A stretch of DNA of 64,000 nucleotides from Candidatus Aminicenantes bacterium (lineage in GTDB: Bacteria > Acidobacteriota > Aminicenantia > Aminicenantales > Saccharicenantaceae). Location: positions 1,163-65,162 of the forward strand of contig PNJE01000007.1 in the NCBI GenBank assembly GCA_002877915.1, given 5' to 3'. Made by a program: the position numbers and the translations under genes. The notes under the pieces are model-generated. The model saw only the letters and a program-made list of their open reading frames with translations. It did no database searches and was not told the DNA's origin. Positions 9,657 to 20,396 of this stretch are shown here, piece by piece. Each line of letters opens with the position of its first letter. The stretch's first letter is position 1.

Positions 9657-10967
9657 ATGAGCTACCAAAATATCATCAGCTTTGCTGGAATTTTTGGACT
9701 TTCCGTAGTGGCCTGGCTTTTTTCTTCAAATAAGAAAATAATTAACTGGAAAGTGGTATTCTGGGGCATAACCCTCCAGCTGATATTCGGTTTTTTCATC
9801 TTTCTGATTCCTGCCGGTACCAAGATTTTTCTTTTAATTAATGATCTGGTGGTCAAATTGCTTGATTCAGCCACGGCTGGAATTAAATTTCTTTTCGGCC
9901 GCCTGGCTATACCCCCGGGATCCACGGGCGAAGCCGGTGAGTCATCGCTTGGATTTATCCTGGCGATTCAATCTCTTCCGACAATAGTCTTTTTTGCCGC
10001 GTTGGTCGGAGCGCTTTATTATCTTAGGGTTATGCCCTTTTTAATTCAGTTGTTTGCCCGGATTTTCACTCGGCTGATGAAAGTAAGTGGAGCCGAGTCG
10101 TTATGTGTCTCGAGCAATATTTTTGTGGGAGTAGAATCGGCCTTAGTCGTTCGACCATATTTGGAGCAAATGACTGTCTCTGAACTCGGAACCATCCTGA
10201 CTGCCGGCATGGCCACGATTGCTTCTTCAGTTCTGTCGCTTTATGTAATGGTGCTGAAGAGTGGTCTCCCGACAATCGCCGGGCATTTGGTTTCGGCCTC
10301 CATTCTTTCTGCTCCCGCTGCCCTGCTAACTTCTAAGCTCATCTTTCCAGAAACCGAACACCCTCTGACTCTGGGGCTTAAGGTTAAGCCTTATTATGAA
10401 AAGGAAGATAACTTAATTATGGCCATAATCAATGGGGCCAATGCCGGACTTAAACTTTTGGGCGGAATTGTAGCCTTACTTCTGGCTTTTTTAGGACTGC
10501 TGGCGCTGGTTGATTGGCTGTTAGGATCATTCGGGGGGCAAGTCAATCATCTGCTTGGTTGGAATTTTGATTGGAAAATAGCTAATATTCTCGGCTATGT
10601 TTTTTATCCATTTTCTTTGGCTATGGGAATTACTCCTCATGATGCTTTTTTGGTGGCCAAGCTTTTAGGAGAAAGAGTTGTGGCCACAGAACTCGTCAGT
10701 TACCAGCATTTAGCGGAATTAATTAAAGCCGGAGCCTTTGCCGACCCACGCTCGCCAGTTATCACTTCTTATGCCCTCTGTGGATTTGCCCACGTGGCCT
10801 CTCTGGCCATCTTTATAGGCGGAACCGGTGCCCTGGCTCCATCAAGGCTTAAAGATTTGTCTCGCCTTGGATTCAAAGCTCTTTTAGCCGCCACCTTAGC
10901 CTGCCTTATAACTGGAGCGATAGCCGGAGTTTTTGCTTCAGGTTCCACAGTTCTTCTGGGCCACTAA
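9657..10967 (+). CDS. nupC: Concentrative nucleoside transporter (NupC/CNT family)
   Basis: 436 aa polytopic; N-terminal GLSVVAWLFSSNKKIINWKVVFWGITLQLIFG and internal motifs typical of the CNT family. Confidence 0.75.
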   Translation: MSYQNIISFAGIFGLSVVAWLFSSNKKIINWKVVFWGITLQLIFGFFIFLIPAGTKIFLLINDLVVKLLDSATAGIKFLFGRLAIPPGSTGEAGESSLGFILAIQSLPTIVFFAALVGALYYLRVMPFLIQLFARIFTRLMKVSGAESLCVSSNIFVGVESALVVRPYLEQMTVSELGTILTAGMATIASSVLSLYVMVLKSGLPTIAGHLVSASILSAPAALLTSKLIFPETEHPLTLGLKVKPYYEKEDNLIMAIINGANAGLKLLGGIVALLLAFLGLLALVDWLLGSFGGQVNHLLGWNFDWKIANILGYVFYPFSLAMGITPHDAFLVAKLLGERVVATELVSYQHLAELIKAGAFADPRSPVITSYALCGFAHVASLAIFIGGTGALAPSRLKDLSRLGFKALLAATLACLITGAIAGVFASGSTVLLGH

Positions 10968-11326
10968 TTTCAATCAAAATCACCGTAAAGCTCTCCGGCG
11001 CAGATTATAATTTAAAGCCGTAAATATCAATCAGGGCTCCATAGGCAATTTAGCCTGGCCAATATGAGAAGAAAATAGCGTCCGGCTGTCAGACCATCCG
11101 GCTTATACTATAGCTTTGATTTTTATTAGGTTCAGAAGTCCCCTTAGACTTGCCCAAAAAATGATAATCAGGCAATAAAAGCTGGGAAATAGATTATTGA
11201 CTTGAGAAGATTATAGGGAATTAATCGTCCTTATCAAGGAGGCGCCAGATAGTAATTAGATAATTTTAGTCAAATGACCAGGGAATATGGTAAAATGAAA
11301 AAAAATAATTACAAGGAGATGGGTTA

Positions 11327-12202
11327 ATGAATTATCAAATTAAAAACATTTTGTGGGCAACAGATTTTTCTTCTGAAGCCCAGATGGCCTTGATTCAGGC
11401 CGATTATTTAGCCAAGAAATTTGGCGCCTCCATTAAAGCCCTTCATGTCGTCCCTGACTTTGCGCCGGCTCTTTACGAAACCCGAGGCGTAGTAGTAGCC
11501 GAATTGGTAGAAAGGCAGGAAGAAAGCCAGATGATAGCTCAGAAGAAACTAAAAAAAATTTCAGAAAAAACCGGTATCAAGTTTTCAAAGATCATGGTTG
11601 AAGTTGGATCAGCTGGAAGAAAAATCCCGGAAGTGGCGGAGAAAGAAAAATGTCAGCTTATTGCCATTGGCCGGAAAGGGATGTCCGCCCTGGAAAAAAT
11701 TTTGATGGGCAGCGTGGCCAGTAAGGTACTGAGGCATTCAAGAATTCCCGTCTTGGTTACCCCTAAGAAAAGGAAAAATCCTGAGATTAAAAATATCCTG
11801 GTGCCGACGGATTTTTCCGAAAATGAAGAAAAGGAAAGAGATTATGCCTGGTTCGTGGCTTCAAAGCTTAAAGCTGACCTGACGTTGATTTATATTCTGG
11901 AGCTTTATGATTTTAAATTCTCGCCGGACCAGGTTAAAAAGATAATGGATGAGGCTTTAGAAAGACTTAAAAACCGTAAGAGAAGGAAGGCTGAATTTCA
12001 GGTGAAGGAAGTGGTCGTGCGGGATCTAAATGCGGCGGCCGGGATTGTCACCTATGCGGCCAAGGAACGATTTGACCTTATTTTGATGTCTACTTGTGTT
12101 TCTCCAGTAGAAAGATTTTTCCTCGGCAGCACCACTGAGAAAGTCATTTCTTATACCAATGTGCCTGTCCTGGCCTTGCCAGCGGTATATTGTAAAAAGT
12201 GA
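11327..12202 (+). CDS. Universal stress protein, tandem UspA domains
   Basis: Two about 140-aa Usp-like halves (ILWATDFS..., ILVPTDFS...), each with a G-x2-G-x9-G(S) ATP-binding-like motif. Confidence 0.7.
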   Translation: MNYQIKNILWATDFSSEAQMALIQADYLAKKFGASIKALHVVPDFAPALYETRGVVVAELVERQEESQMIAQKKLKKISEKTGIKFSKIMVEVGSAGRKIPEVAEKEKCQLIAIGRKGMSALEKILMGSVASKVLRHSRIPVLVTPKKRKNPEIKNILVPTDFSENEEKERDYAWFVASKLKADLTLIYILELYDFKFSPDQVKKIMDEALERLKNRKRRKAEFQVKEVVVRDLNAAAGIVTYAAKERFDLILMSTCVSPVERFFLGSTTEKVISYTNVPVLALPAVYCKK

Positions 12203-13305
12203 GGGGAGAAGCAACTGGGGCTTTCTGGTTAGCCCTAAATTTTCTGGTTACTGACGGGCATCTCTCTGTTTCCAAGGCCCGGCGGTACTTTGATGCTTCA
12301 GAAAAACTTTTCCGGCCAAACCCTGATTGGCTTAATTCAATTAACCTCAGCGAGCCGGCCAGGAATAGAATTCTTTCTGGAGAACTCCTGGAACAAACCC
12401 TTAAGGAGCTTGAGAAACTCAAGCAAAAAGAGTATACTCTTTTGACCTTTGGGGATAGCCAGTATCCCCGGGCTCTAAGAGAGATTGTTGAACCACCCTT
12501 AGTTCTTTATTGTTATGGTCAGCCGGATATACTCAACTGGGCGGCGGTGGCGGTGGTCGGCTCACGGCGGCCGAGTGCCTATGGACGACTGATGGCCGAA
12601 AAACTGGCTGATGAGCTGGCGGCTTCGGGATTGGTGATCGTGAGCGGCCTGGCTCGAGGAATTGATACCCTGGCTCACTGTGGAGCTTTAAGAAGTGGCC
12701 GGACGGTAGCCGTATTGGGCTCCGGGCTGGAAGAAATTTATCCGAAGGAAAACAGGATTATGGCCGAAAAAATAGTTGAAAGAGGAGTGGTAATCAGCGA
12801 GTTTCCGCTGAATTCTGAGCCTCTTGGCTATCATTTTCCTCTTCGAAACCGGGTAATTAGCGGCCTTTCGCTCGCCTGTCTGGTTATTGAAGCCAGTATT
12901 AAAAGCGGTGCCCTGATAACTGCCCATCTGGCTCTGGATCAAGGAAGGGAGGTCCTGGCTGTTCCTGGTCCGGTGACTTCAGAATTAAGCCAGGGGACGA
13001 ATTATCTTATAAAACATGGAGCCAAACTGGTCGAATCGGTGGAAGATGTTCTCTCAGAATTACCTTCGCCCTGGAAGGAAGCCGCTCAGAATCGCTTAGC
13101 CGAGAGGAAAAGAACTTTACCTGAGCTCGAAGGTCGAGAAAAAAAGGTTTTTTTAGCTTTGCCCGATAAATCGGCTATCCATATTGATGAACTGGCTGAT
13201 AAAATGCAAATGGCCGTAGCTGAGCTGCTGACCATTCTTCTCAGCCTGGAAATGAAAGACCTCATCATCCATGAAGCCGGGAAATATTTTCGCAGGAGAG
13301 TGTAA
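12199..13305 (+). CDS. dprA: DNA processing protein DprA (Smf)
   Basis: Rossmann-like core (VVGSRRPS..GLARGIDT.AH) and a C-terminal winged helix. It sits immediately upstream of topA (classical smf-topA synteny). Confidence 0.85.
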   Translation: MRGEATGAFWLALNFLVTDGHLSVSKARRYFDASEKLFRPNPDWLNSINLSEPARNRILSGELLEQTLKELEKLKQKEYTLLTFGDSQYPRALREIVEPPLVLYCYGQPDILNWAAVAVVGSRRPSAYGRLMAEKLADELAASGLVIVSGLARGIDTLAHCGALRSGRTVAVLGSGLEEIYPKENRIMAEKIVERGVVISEFPLNSEPLGYHFPLRNRVISGLSLACLVIEASIKSGALITAHLALDQGREVLAVPGPVTSELSQGTNYLIKHGAKLVESVEDVLSELPSPWKEAAQNRLAERKRTLPELEGREKKVFLALPDKSAIHIDELADKMQMAVAELLTILLSLEMKDLIIHEAGKYFRRRV

Positions 13306-15681
13306 GTGGGTAAATCCTTAGTGATTGTTGAATCTCCGGCTAAAGCCAAGACTGTTAACCGGTATCTGGGGTCGGACTATCTGGTCAAAGCTTCTATGGG
13401 GCACGTTTGTGATCTACCCAAAAGCAGGCTGGGAGTAGATGTAAATAACAATTTCCAGCCTACCTATCAAGTAATTCCAGAGCGTCGGCGGTTGGTCGCC
13501 GAACTGAAAAAAATAGCTGCTGAATGCGAAAAGGTTATTCTGGCGGCTGATCCCGACCGTGAGGGCGAAGCCATTTCCTGGCACATAAGTCAGCTTTTGG
13601 AAAAGGAAAATCCCAGAATATATAGAGCAGTATTCCATGAGATAACAGAGGGAGCCATTAAGGAGGCTTTTACTAAGCTCGGACCTTTAGATCAGAACAA
13701 GATTAACGCCCAGCAAACCAGAAGAATTTTAGACCGACTGGTAGGCTACTTGATCAGTCCTCTTCTGTGGAAAAAAATAGGTCGGGGATTGAGTGCTGGC
13801 CGAGTTCAATCGGTGGCTTTGAGACTTATCTGTGACCGGGAGAAAGAAATTAAAAATTTTGTTCCTGAGGAGTATTGGATAATTTCAGCCATCCTTAGGG
13901 CAGAAAATCCTCCCGAATTTAAAGCCATTCTTAGCACGGTTGATGGGAAAAAAGTCAGAATAAGGAACGAGAAGCAGGCGCAAGAAATATTGGATGTTTG
14001 TCGTGGCGAAATTTTTATTTTAGAAAAGATTAAAGTTAAAGCGCGCCATAAAAATCCGCCGGCTCCTTATATAACTTCTACTCTGCAGCAAGATGCTTTC
14101 AGGTTACTGCATTTTCCAGTGAAAAAGACCATGTCGGTGGCCCAGAGATTATATGAAGGTTTGGAATTAGGAGAGCTAGGACCAGTTGGTTTAATTACTT
14201 ATATGAGAACAGATTCGGTGAAAATTTCCGAGGTAGCTCGCCAGGCAGCCAAGAAATATATAGAAGAGCATTTTGGCCCGGATTACCTTCCAGCTCGGCC
14301 GAATGTTTATAAATCAAGAAAGACTGCTCAGGAAGCCCATGAAGCCATCCGGCCCACTCATCTCGATTTACCTCCTGAAAAAGTAAAAGGTTTTTTAAAG
14401 AAGGAAGAATATGAACTTTATAAACTAATCTGGAACCGGTTTATCGCTTCCCAGATGAGTCCGGCCGAAGTTGAAGAAACTCAGTTTGAAATAAAAGTGT
14501 CCCGTTACGGTTTTGTCGCCAGGGGAGAAGTGATTAAATTCAAGGGCTTCCTGGCCTTATATGAAGAGCAGCACTTGAAATTGAATAATTCTTTGGACTC
14601 AGGCAAAAAAGCTTCGGCTGAGGAATTAGAGGAGAAGGAAGCTACCGGGATACTGCCTCCGGCTAAGGAAGGAGAAAAGCTGACGTTAATTGATCTACTG
14701 AGTAAGCAAAACTTTACCCAACCTCCGCCAAGATATACCGAGGCTACCTTGGTTAAAGAATTGGAACTCAGGGGAATTGGCCGGCCGAGCACTTATGCTC
14801 CGATTATTGCTACCATCCAGGACAGAAAATATGTTATCAAGGAAGAGGGGAGATTTAAACCAACCGCACTGGGGATGTTCGTAATAGATTTTCTGGTAAA
14901 ATATTTTACTGATCTTTTTGATTACAAGTTTACCGCCCGGATGGAAGAAGAACTGGATAAAATAAGTGATGGGCAAGCTGATTGGTTATCGAGTCTGCGT
15001 CAATATTATCAACTGTTGCAGCAATATTTAGAAAAGGGGCAGGAAAGCGAGTCAATTAAAAAAAATGGCATTCCGGTCGAGGATAAATGCCCTAAATGCG
15101 GTCGGAATCTGGTAATCAAGGAAGGCCGATATGGTCGGTTTAAGGCCTGCTCGGGTTATCCCGAATGTGATTATAAAGAGCCCCTGGTGAAAAAAGAAGC
15201 TAAGAGTCTCGAGGCTAAATGCCCCCTCTGTGGCTCTCCCCTTGTGTATCGGCGGGGGCGGTATGGGACATTTATTGCCTGTTCTAATTATCCCAAGTGT
15301 AAATATATCCAGAAAGATGAGCTCAACACTGGGATTCCCTGCCCCAATGGTTGTGGGGGCACCATAATTAGAAAAAAGACCAGGAGAGGAAAATATTTTT
15401 ATGGTTGCAGCAATTATCCCAAGTGCAAGTTTGCCAGCTGGGATGAAGTAATTAACCAGATTTGCCCCAAGTGCGGGGCCAAGGTCTTATTTAAAAAAGT
15501 TCCAGCCAAAGGCAAACCTTATATCTATTGTCAGAATTGTGATTATGCGCTTTATCTTGATGGAGATAATCTCGAAGTTAGCCTTAAAACTCCCTCCAAG
15601 GATCAGGCAAAAAAAGAGCCTGAGCCGGCTAAGGCTTCAGATAAAAAGATAGACCCTGGGCCAGATGAAAAAAGAAGTTGA
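13306..15681 (+). CDS. topA: DNA topoisomerase I with four C-terminal C4 zinc ribbons
   Basis: TOPRIM (LVIVESPAKAKT), a catalytic-Tyr region, and four CPxCG...C..YPxC repeats. The GTG start overlaps the dprA stop. Confidence 0.9.
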   Translation: MGKSLVIVESPAKAKTVNRYLGSDYLVKASMGHVCDLPKSRLGVDVNNNFQPTYQVIPERRRLVAELKKIAAECEKVILAADPDREGEAISWHISQLLEKENPRIYRAVFHEITEGAIKEAFTKLGPLDQNKINAQQTRRILDRLVGYLISPLLWKKIGRGLSAGRVQSVALRLICDREKEIKNFVPEEYWIISAILRAENPPEFKAILSTVDGKKVRIRNEKQAQEILDVCRGEIFILEKIKVKARHKNPPAPYITSTLQQDAFRLLHFPVKKTMSVAQRLYEGLELGELGPVGLITYMRTDSVKISEVARQAAKKYIEEHFGPDYLPARPNVYKSRKTAQEAHEAIRPTHLDLPPEKVKGFLKKEEYELYKLIWNRFIASQMSPAEVEETQFEIKVSRYGFVARGEVIKFKGFLALYEEQHLKLNNSLDSGKKASAEELEEKEATGILPPAKEGEKLTLIDLLSKQNFTQPPPRYTEATLVKELELRGIGRPSTYAPIIATIQDRKYVIKEEGRFKPTALGMFVIDFLVKYFTDLFDYKFTARMEEELDKISDGQADWLSSLRQYYQLLQQYLEKGQESESIKKNGIPVEDKCPKCGRNLVIKEGRYGRFKACSGYPECDYKEPLVKKEAKSLEAKCPLCGSPLVYRRGRYGTFIACSNYPKCKYIQKDELNTGIPCPNGCGGTIIRKKTRRGKYFYGCSNYPKCKFASWDEVINQICPKCGAKVLFKKVPAKGKPYIYCQNCDYALYLDGDNLEVSLKTPSKDQAKKEPEPAKASDKKIDPGPDEKRS

Positions 15682-16549
15682 AGAATTCTTAAACTTCTTG
15701 AGATTCGAGAAAAATGCTTCTCCGCATACCGTGGCTGCCTATTCCCGGGATCTGAACCAATTATCGGCTTATCTCCGGGAGAATGGAATGACCTGGAAGA
15801 ATGCTGATACCCTAACACTTAGAGGCTTCCTGGCTGAGCTGCATGAACTCCAACTGAAAAAAAGCTCGGTCATTCGGAAGCTGGCAGCTATGCGGTCCTT
15901 TTTTGATTTTTGCCTGAAAAGAAAGTGGCGGTCTGACAATCCGGCCGGGGCTCTGGCTACCCCCCGGAAAGAAGAGCTTATCCCGGGCTTTCTAACAGAA
16001 AACGAAACCACTCGGCTGCTCGAGTGGGAAGTAAAAAAAGATGATCCCATTGATCTCCGGGATAAAGCCATTCTGGAATTGTTATACGCTTCAGGATTAA
16101 GGGTATCGGAGTTAGTGTCTCTCGACTTGGAAGATATTCATCTTAAAGAGAGGCTCCTTCGAGTAAAAGGAAAAGGTAAAAAAGAAAGGATTGTTCCCTT
16201 TGGCCGGGAGGCTGAAAAATGGTTAAAAAGTTACTTGGCGGCCAGGACCGCCCTCATTAAAAATAAAGTTGTCCCGGCGGTGTTCCTTAATTATCGAGGG
16301 GAAAGGTTGACCGTGAGATCAGTACAACGGCTCGTTCGCCGCCGACTGAGACAAATTGCCGTAAACAGGAAAATCAGCCCTCATTCTTTGCGTCATTCGT
16401 TTGCTTCCCACCTTCTCAGCCGTGGGGCGGACCTGCGGGCAATTCAAGAATTATTAGGACATAAAAGCCTGGCTACCACCCAGAAATATACTCACCTGGA
16501 TTTGACCCATTTGCTTGAAGTTTATCATAAAGCTCATCCCCGCTCTTGA
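15665..16549 (+). CDS. xerC: Tyrosine recombinase XerC/XerD (CodV-like)
   Basis: R..HxxR..Y catalytic signature (HSLRHSFASHLL...LGHKSLATTQKYTH). It overlaps the topA end by 17 nt. Confidence 0.8.
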   Translation: MKKEVEEFLNFLRFEKNASPHTVAAYSRDLNQLSAYLRENGMTWKNADTLTLRGFLAELHELQLKKSSVIRKLAAMRSFFDFCLKRKWRSDNPAGALATPRKEELIPGFLTENETTRLLEWEVKKDDPIDLRDKAILELLYASGLRVSELVSLDLEDIHLKERLLRVKGKGKKERIVPFGREAEKWLKSYLAARTALIKNKVVPAVFLNYRGERLTVRSVQRLVRRRLRQIAVNRKISPHSLRHSFASHLLSRGADLRAIQELLGHKSLATTQKYTHLDLTHLLEVYHKAHPRS

Positions 16550-16719
16550 AATTTCCATCCGCTAATTTTTGGATATTATTTCCTCTGGCCTGAGGACTCG
16601 TCTCTTCCGGGGAAGCTGATTCTTAATGAAAAAGGGCAGAGAGTTGAAATTAGATTTTAAATAATCAAAATTTGCCACTTACAAAGATAGAAATTCATCG
16701 GTAAGGGAAAAAGGAAAAT

Positions 16720-16755
16720 AGGAGCAGAAGAAAAGAGGGATTTTTTCTTCTGCTC
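16720..16755. terminator. Bidirectional intrinsic terminator between convergent xerC and comEA
   Basis: 14-bp stem GGAGCAGAAGAAAA / TTTTCTTCTGCTCC with a 5-6-nt loop. It is T-rich on the + strand and A-rich upstream, giving a U-tract for the - strand transcript. Confidence 0.6.
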
Positions 16756-16765
16756 CCGGCTGAAC

Positions 16766-17077
16766 TTATTTATTTTCTCCGACGGTGATTGAATCTTTAA
16801 TTTGATTAAAGATTTTTTCACCAATGCCCCTGACTTTCATCAAATCTTCAGCTTTTTTGAATGGGCCGTTTTTCGTCCGATAATCAATAATTCTCTGGGC
16901 CACTTTAGGGCCAATCCGGGGAAGTGTTTGAAGCTCAGCCACAGTAGCGGTGTTAATGTTAATTTTGGTGGTGGCTTTATTCTGGGGCTGGCTTTGAGCC
17001 AGGCTCAGGCCAGATGAAGCCAGAAAAATAAAAACCACCATTGCCAGAGCCAAGGATTTCGGGAAGAATCCTTTCAT
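16766..17077 (-). CDS. comEA: Competence protein ComEA-like (secreted helix-hairpin-helix DNA-binding)
   Basis: Signal peptide plus an INTATVAELQTLPRIGPKVAQRIIDYR...G.F..EDL..V.GIG HhH motif. Confidence 0.8.
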   Translation of the reverse strand: MKGFFPKSLALAMVVFIFLASSGLSLAQSQPQNKATTKININTATVAELQTLPRIGPKVAQRIIDYRTKNGPFKKAEDLMKVRGIGEKIFNQIKDSITVGENK

Positions 17078-17225
17078 CGGTAGCCTCCTTTCAAAAATTT
17101 ATCTTGCAAAATCCAGGCCAATCTTCTCTTTTTATAACTAATTGATAATAAGTAAGATGGGAAGACAAGAGCAATTTCGTGGGTTAAATTTGGTTTCCCT
17201 TACCCGGACTTCGGTTAACTGAAGT

Positions 17226-17882
17226 TTACCCCTTATGAAGGTCTGAGCTCTTTCCTGGTCTTGCCTTTTTATTGGCTTGGTGCTTTAAATAATGCTTCAG
17301 AAATTCCCTGATTTTCCTGAAAGCCCTGGCTCGGTGGCTAACCCTGTTTTTTTCAGATGGCTTAAGCCGGGCAAAAGTCTTTTTAAGTGGCGGGTAGTAA
17401 AAAACCGGGTCATAGCCAAAACCATTATCTCCCTCCGGACTCAAAGATATCATCCCGCTAACTGTTCCCCGATAGGATTTAATAACCTTACCGCCTTTTG
17501 TTAGGGTGGCGACACAAACAAAACGGGCTTTCCTTTTTTCCACTGGCACCTTGGTCATCAGATTTAGAAGTTTATTAATATTTTTTTTATCGTTAGCCTT
17601 GACTCCTGAAAACCGAGCCGAGTAGACACCCGGCTTCCCTCCCAGGGCTTCTACTTCCAGGCCCGAATCTTCAGCCAGCACGAGTCCTGGATATCTCTGG
17701 CTGTAATAAAGACTCTTTCCCTCACTGTTTTCGGCAAAAGTTCTTCCGGTTTCTTGGTATTTACCAAAGTGGGGATAAGATTTAAGACTTTCTAAATGAA
17801 GGCCGAGCCCGCGGAGAAGCTTCTTGATTTCTCGCACTTTACCTTCATTAGTTGTGGCTATAAGTAGATTAATCTTATTCAA
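17226..17882 (-). CDS. rdgB: Non-canonical purine NTP pyrophosphatase (RdgB/HAM1 family)
   Basis: N-terminal LLIATTNEGKVREI and an FGYDP.F motif. It has a basic C-terminal extension. Confidence 0.85.
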   Translation of the reverse strand: MNKINLLIATTNEGKVREIKKLLRGLGLHLESLKSYPHFGKYQETGRTFAENSEGKSLYYSQRYPGLVLAEDSGLEVEALGGKPGVYSARFSGVKANDKKNINKLLNLMTKVPVEKRKARFVCVATLTKGGKVIKSYRGTVSGMISLSPEGDNGFGYDPVFYYPPLKKTFARLKPSEKNRVSHRARAFRKIREFLKHYLKHQANKKARPGKSSDLHKG

Positions 17883-18522
17883 TCCGGAATTCCTCGAGCT
17901 GCCCCATATTCATCAGAGCTTCGTTAAAGTCTTGTTCTTTTTCTTCTGAACCGATGGCCGAAAAAGAAATAATTAAGTCCTCTCCTTCTTTTTTAAGACT
18001 CAACCGGTCGAGCTTTATTCCATGATGAAAACTTATTTTCCGCAATTTGGACAGGATATCGGGGGATTCTTTAAATTTTAGGTGGTAATGAAAAATATGC
18101 TTTTTTAAATAGATTTCTTCTATTTTCCGGAAGGTCACTAAGGTAGCCATAACTATGGCAGTCAAAATAACAGCTGGAATATAATAGCCCGCTCCAATTA
18201 ACAGTCCAAGAGCTGAAACAACCCAGAGAGTGGAAGCAGTGGTTAGACCGATAACCATTCCCCTGGCGTGGATGATTGTCCCAGCCCCCAGAAAACCTAT
18301 CCCGGTGACTACTCCAGCGGCCATGCGGCTCAGGGTATCAAGAGTGGCATTGCTGTTTTTGATAAAACCAACCCCCAGGCTCATGATGATGGCCGAGCCG
18401 ATGCACACCAGAATATTAGTCCTGAATCCGGCGGGCTTCTGGCTGGTTTCTCTTTCAATTCCGATCAATCCGCCGAGGGCAATAGCCAGAACCAATTTTA
18501 AGATAATTTCCAGAAGGCTCAT
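17875..18522 (-). CDS. mgtC: MgtC/SapB family membrane protein
   Basis: N-terminal LAIALGGLIGIERE motif, 4-5 TMs, and a C-terminal ACT-like soluble domain. Confidence 0.8.
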   Translation of the reverse strand: MSLLEIILKLVLAIALGGLIGIERETSQKPAGFRTNILVCIGSAIIMSLGVGFIKNSNATLDTLSRMAAGVVTGIGFLGAGTIIHARGMVIGLTTASTLWVVSALGLLIGAGYYIPAVILTAIVMATLVTFRKIEEIYLKKHIFHYHLKFKESPDILSKLRKISFHHGIKLDRLSLKKEGEDLIISFSAIGSEEKEQDFNEALMNMGQLEEFRIE

Positions 18523-18649
18523 CCTTTTTTCCTTTTTTGAATATATTTTAAAAATTAATTTTCTTTAAAGGCCTGGCTTAATTTTATTAAATTATCCAAT
18601 TAAAAAAAAGTTAAAGATGAAAAATCGCTTTAGTTGTAAATAGAATTAA

Positions 18650-19999
<1,350 letters not shown>

Positions 20000-20188
20000 A
20001 TTCCCTTTTCTTTTCTGCCTGAGCTAGTTTTTAGCCAACTTCGGGGCGAGGCCCGATATGAGAGGCGGCCTTTAAAAACCCCCTTAGCTTTATTCATCCA
20101 AAGCGAAATTAAGAAAGACGGCCCAATTATTCAAATTAATAACTAAAGACAGGTAATCGTTCTGCCAATTTGTTAGCAAGATTGCTTT

Positions 20189-20223
20189 CAGCCCGACGGT
20201 GGTAGCTAAAGGCTGTTTTTTTT
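20189..20223 (+). terminator. Weak terminator-like hairpin followed by T8, 190 nt downstream of eno
   Basis: CAGCC-(17 nt)-GGCTG then TTTTTTTT. The short stem and large loop make the call tentative. Confidence 0.25.
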
Positions 20224-20396
20224 GGCTAATTGAATCTTATTGTTTAGCGATTTTAATTATCTGGCTCCAAGAAAACATTTATGCCCGAGTAATAAAAGAG
20301 AGCCCAGATATTTTTCGGTTGGTTTTAAAGATCCTGGTTTTAGTTTTTCCTGATTTTATATTAGAATTAGGCTGAAACCAGAAAGGAAGGCCAAAA

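Noticed and set aside
15665-16549. XerC-like recombinase as the integrase of a mobile element
   Set aside because: It sits in the conserved chromosomal smf-topA-codV/xerC arrangement. There are no flanking direct repeats, no tRNA target and no cargo genes. It is a housekeeping dimer-resolution recombinase.
18230-18568. 112-aa and 77-aa ORFs antisense to mgtC
   Set aside because: They overlap the MgtC coding region on the opposite strand. Their Pro/Arg-rich translation is a typical GC-skew artefact.
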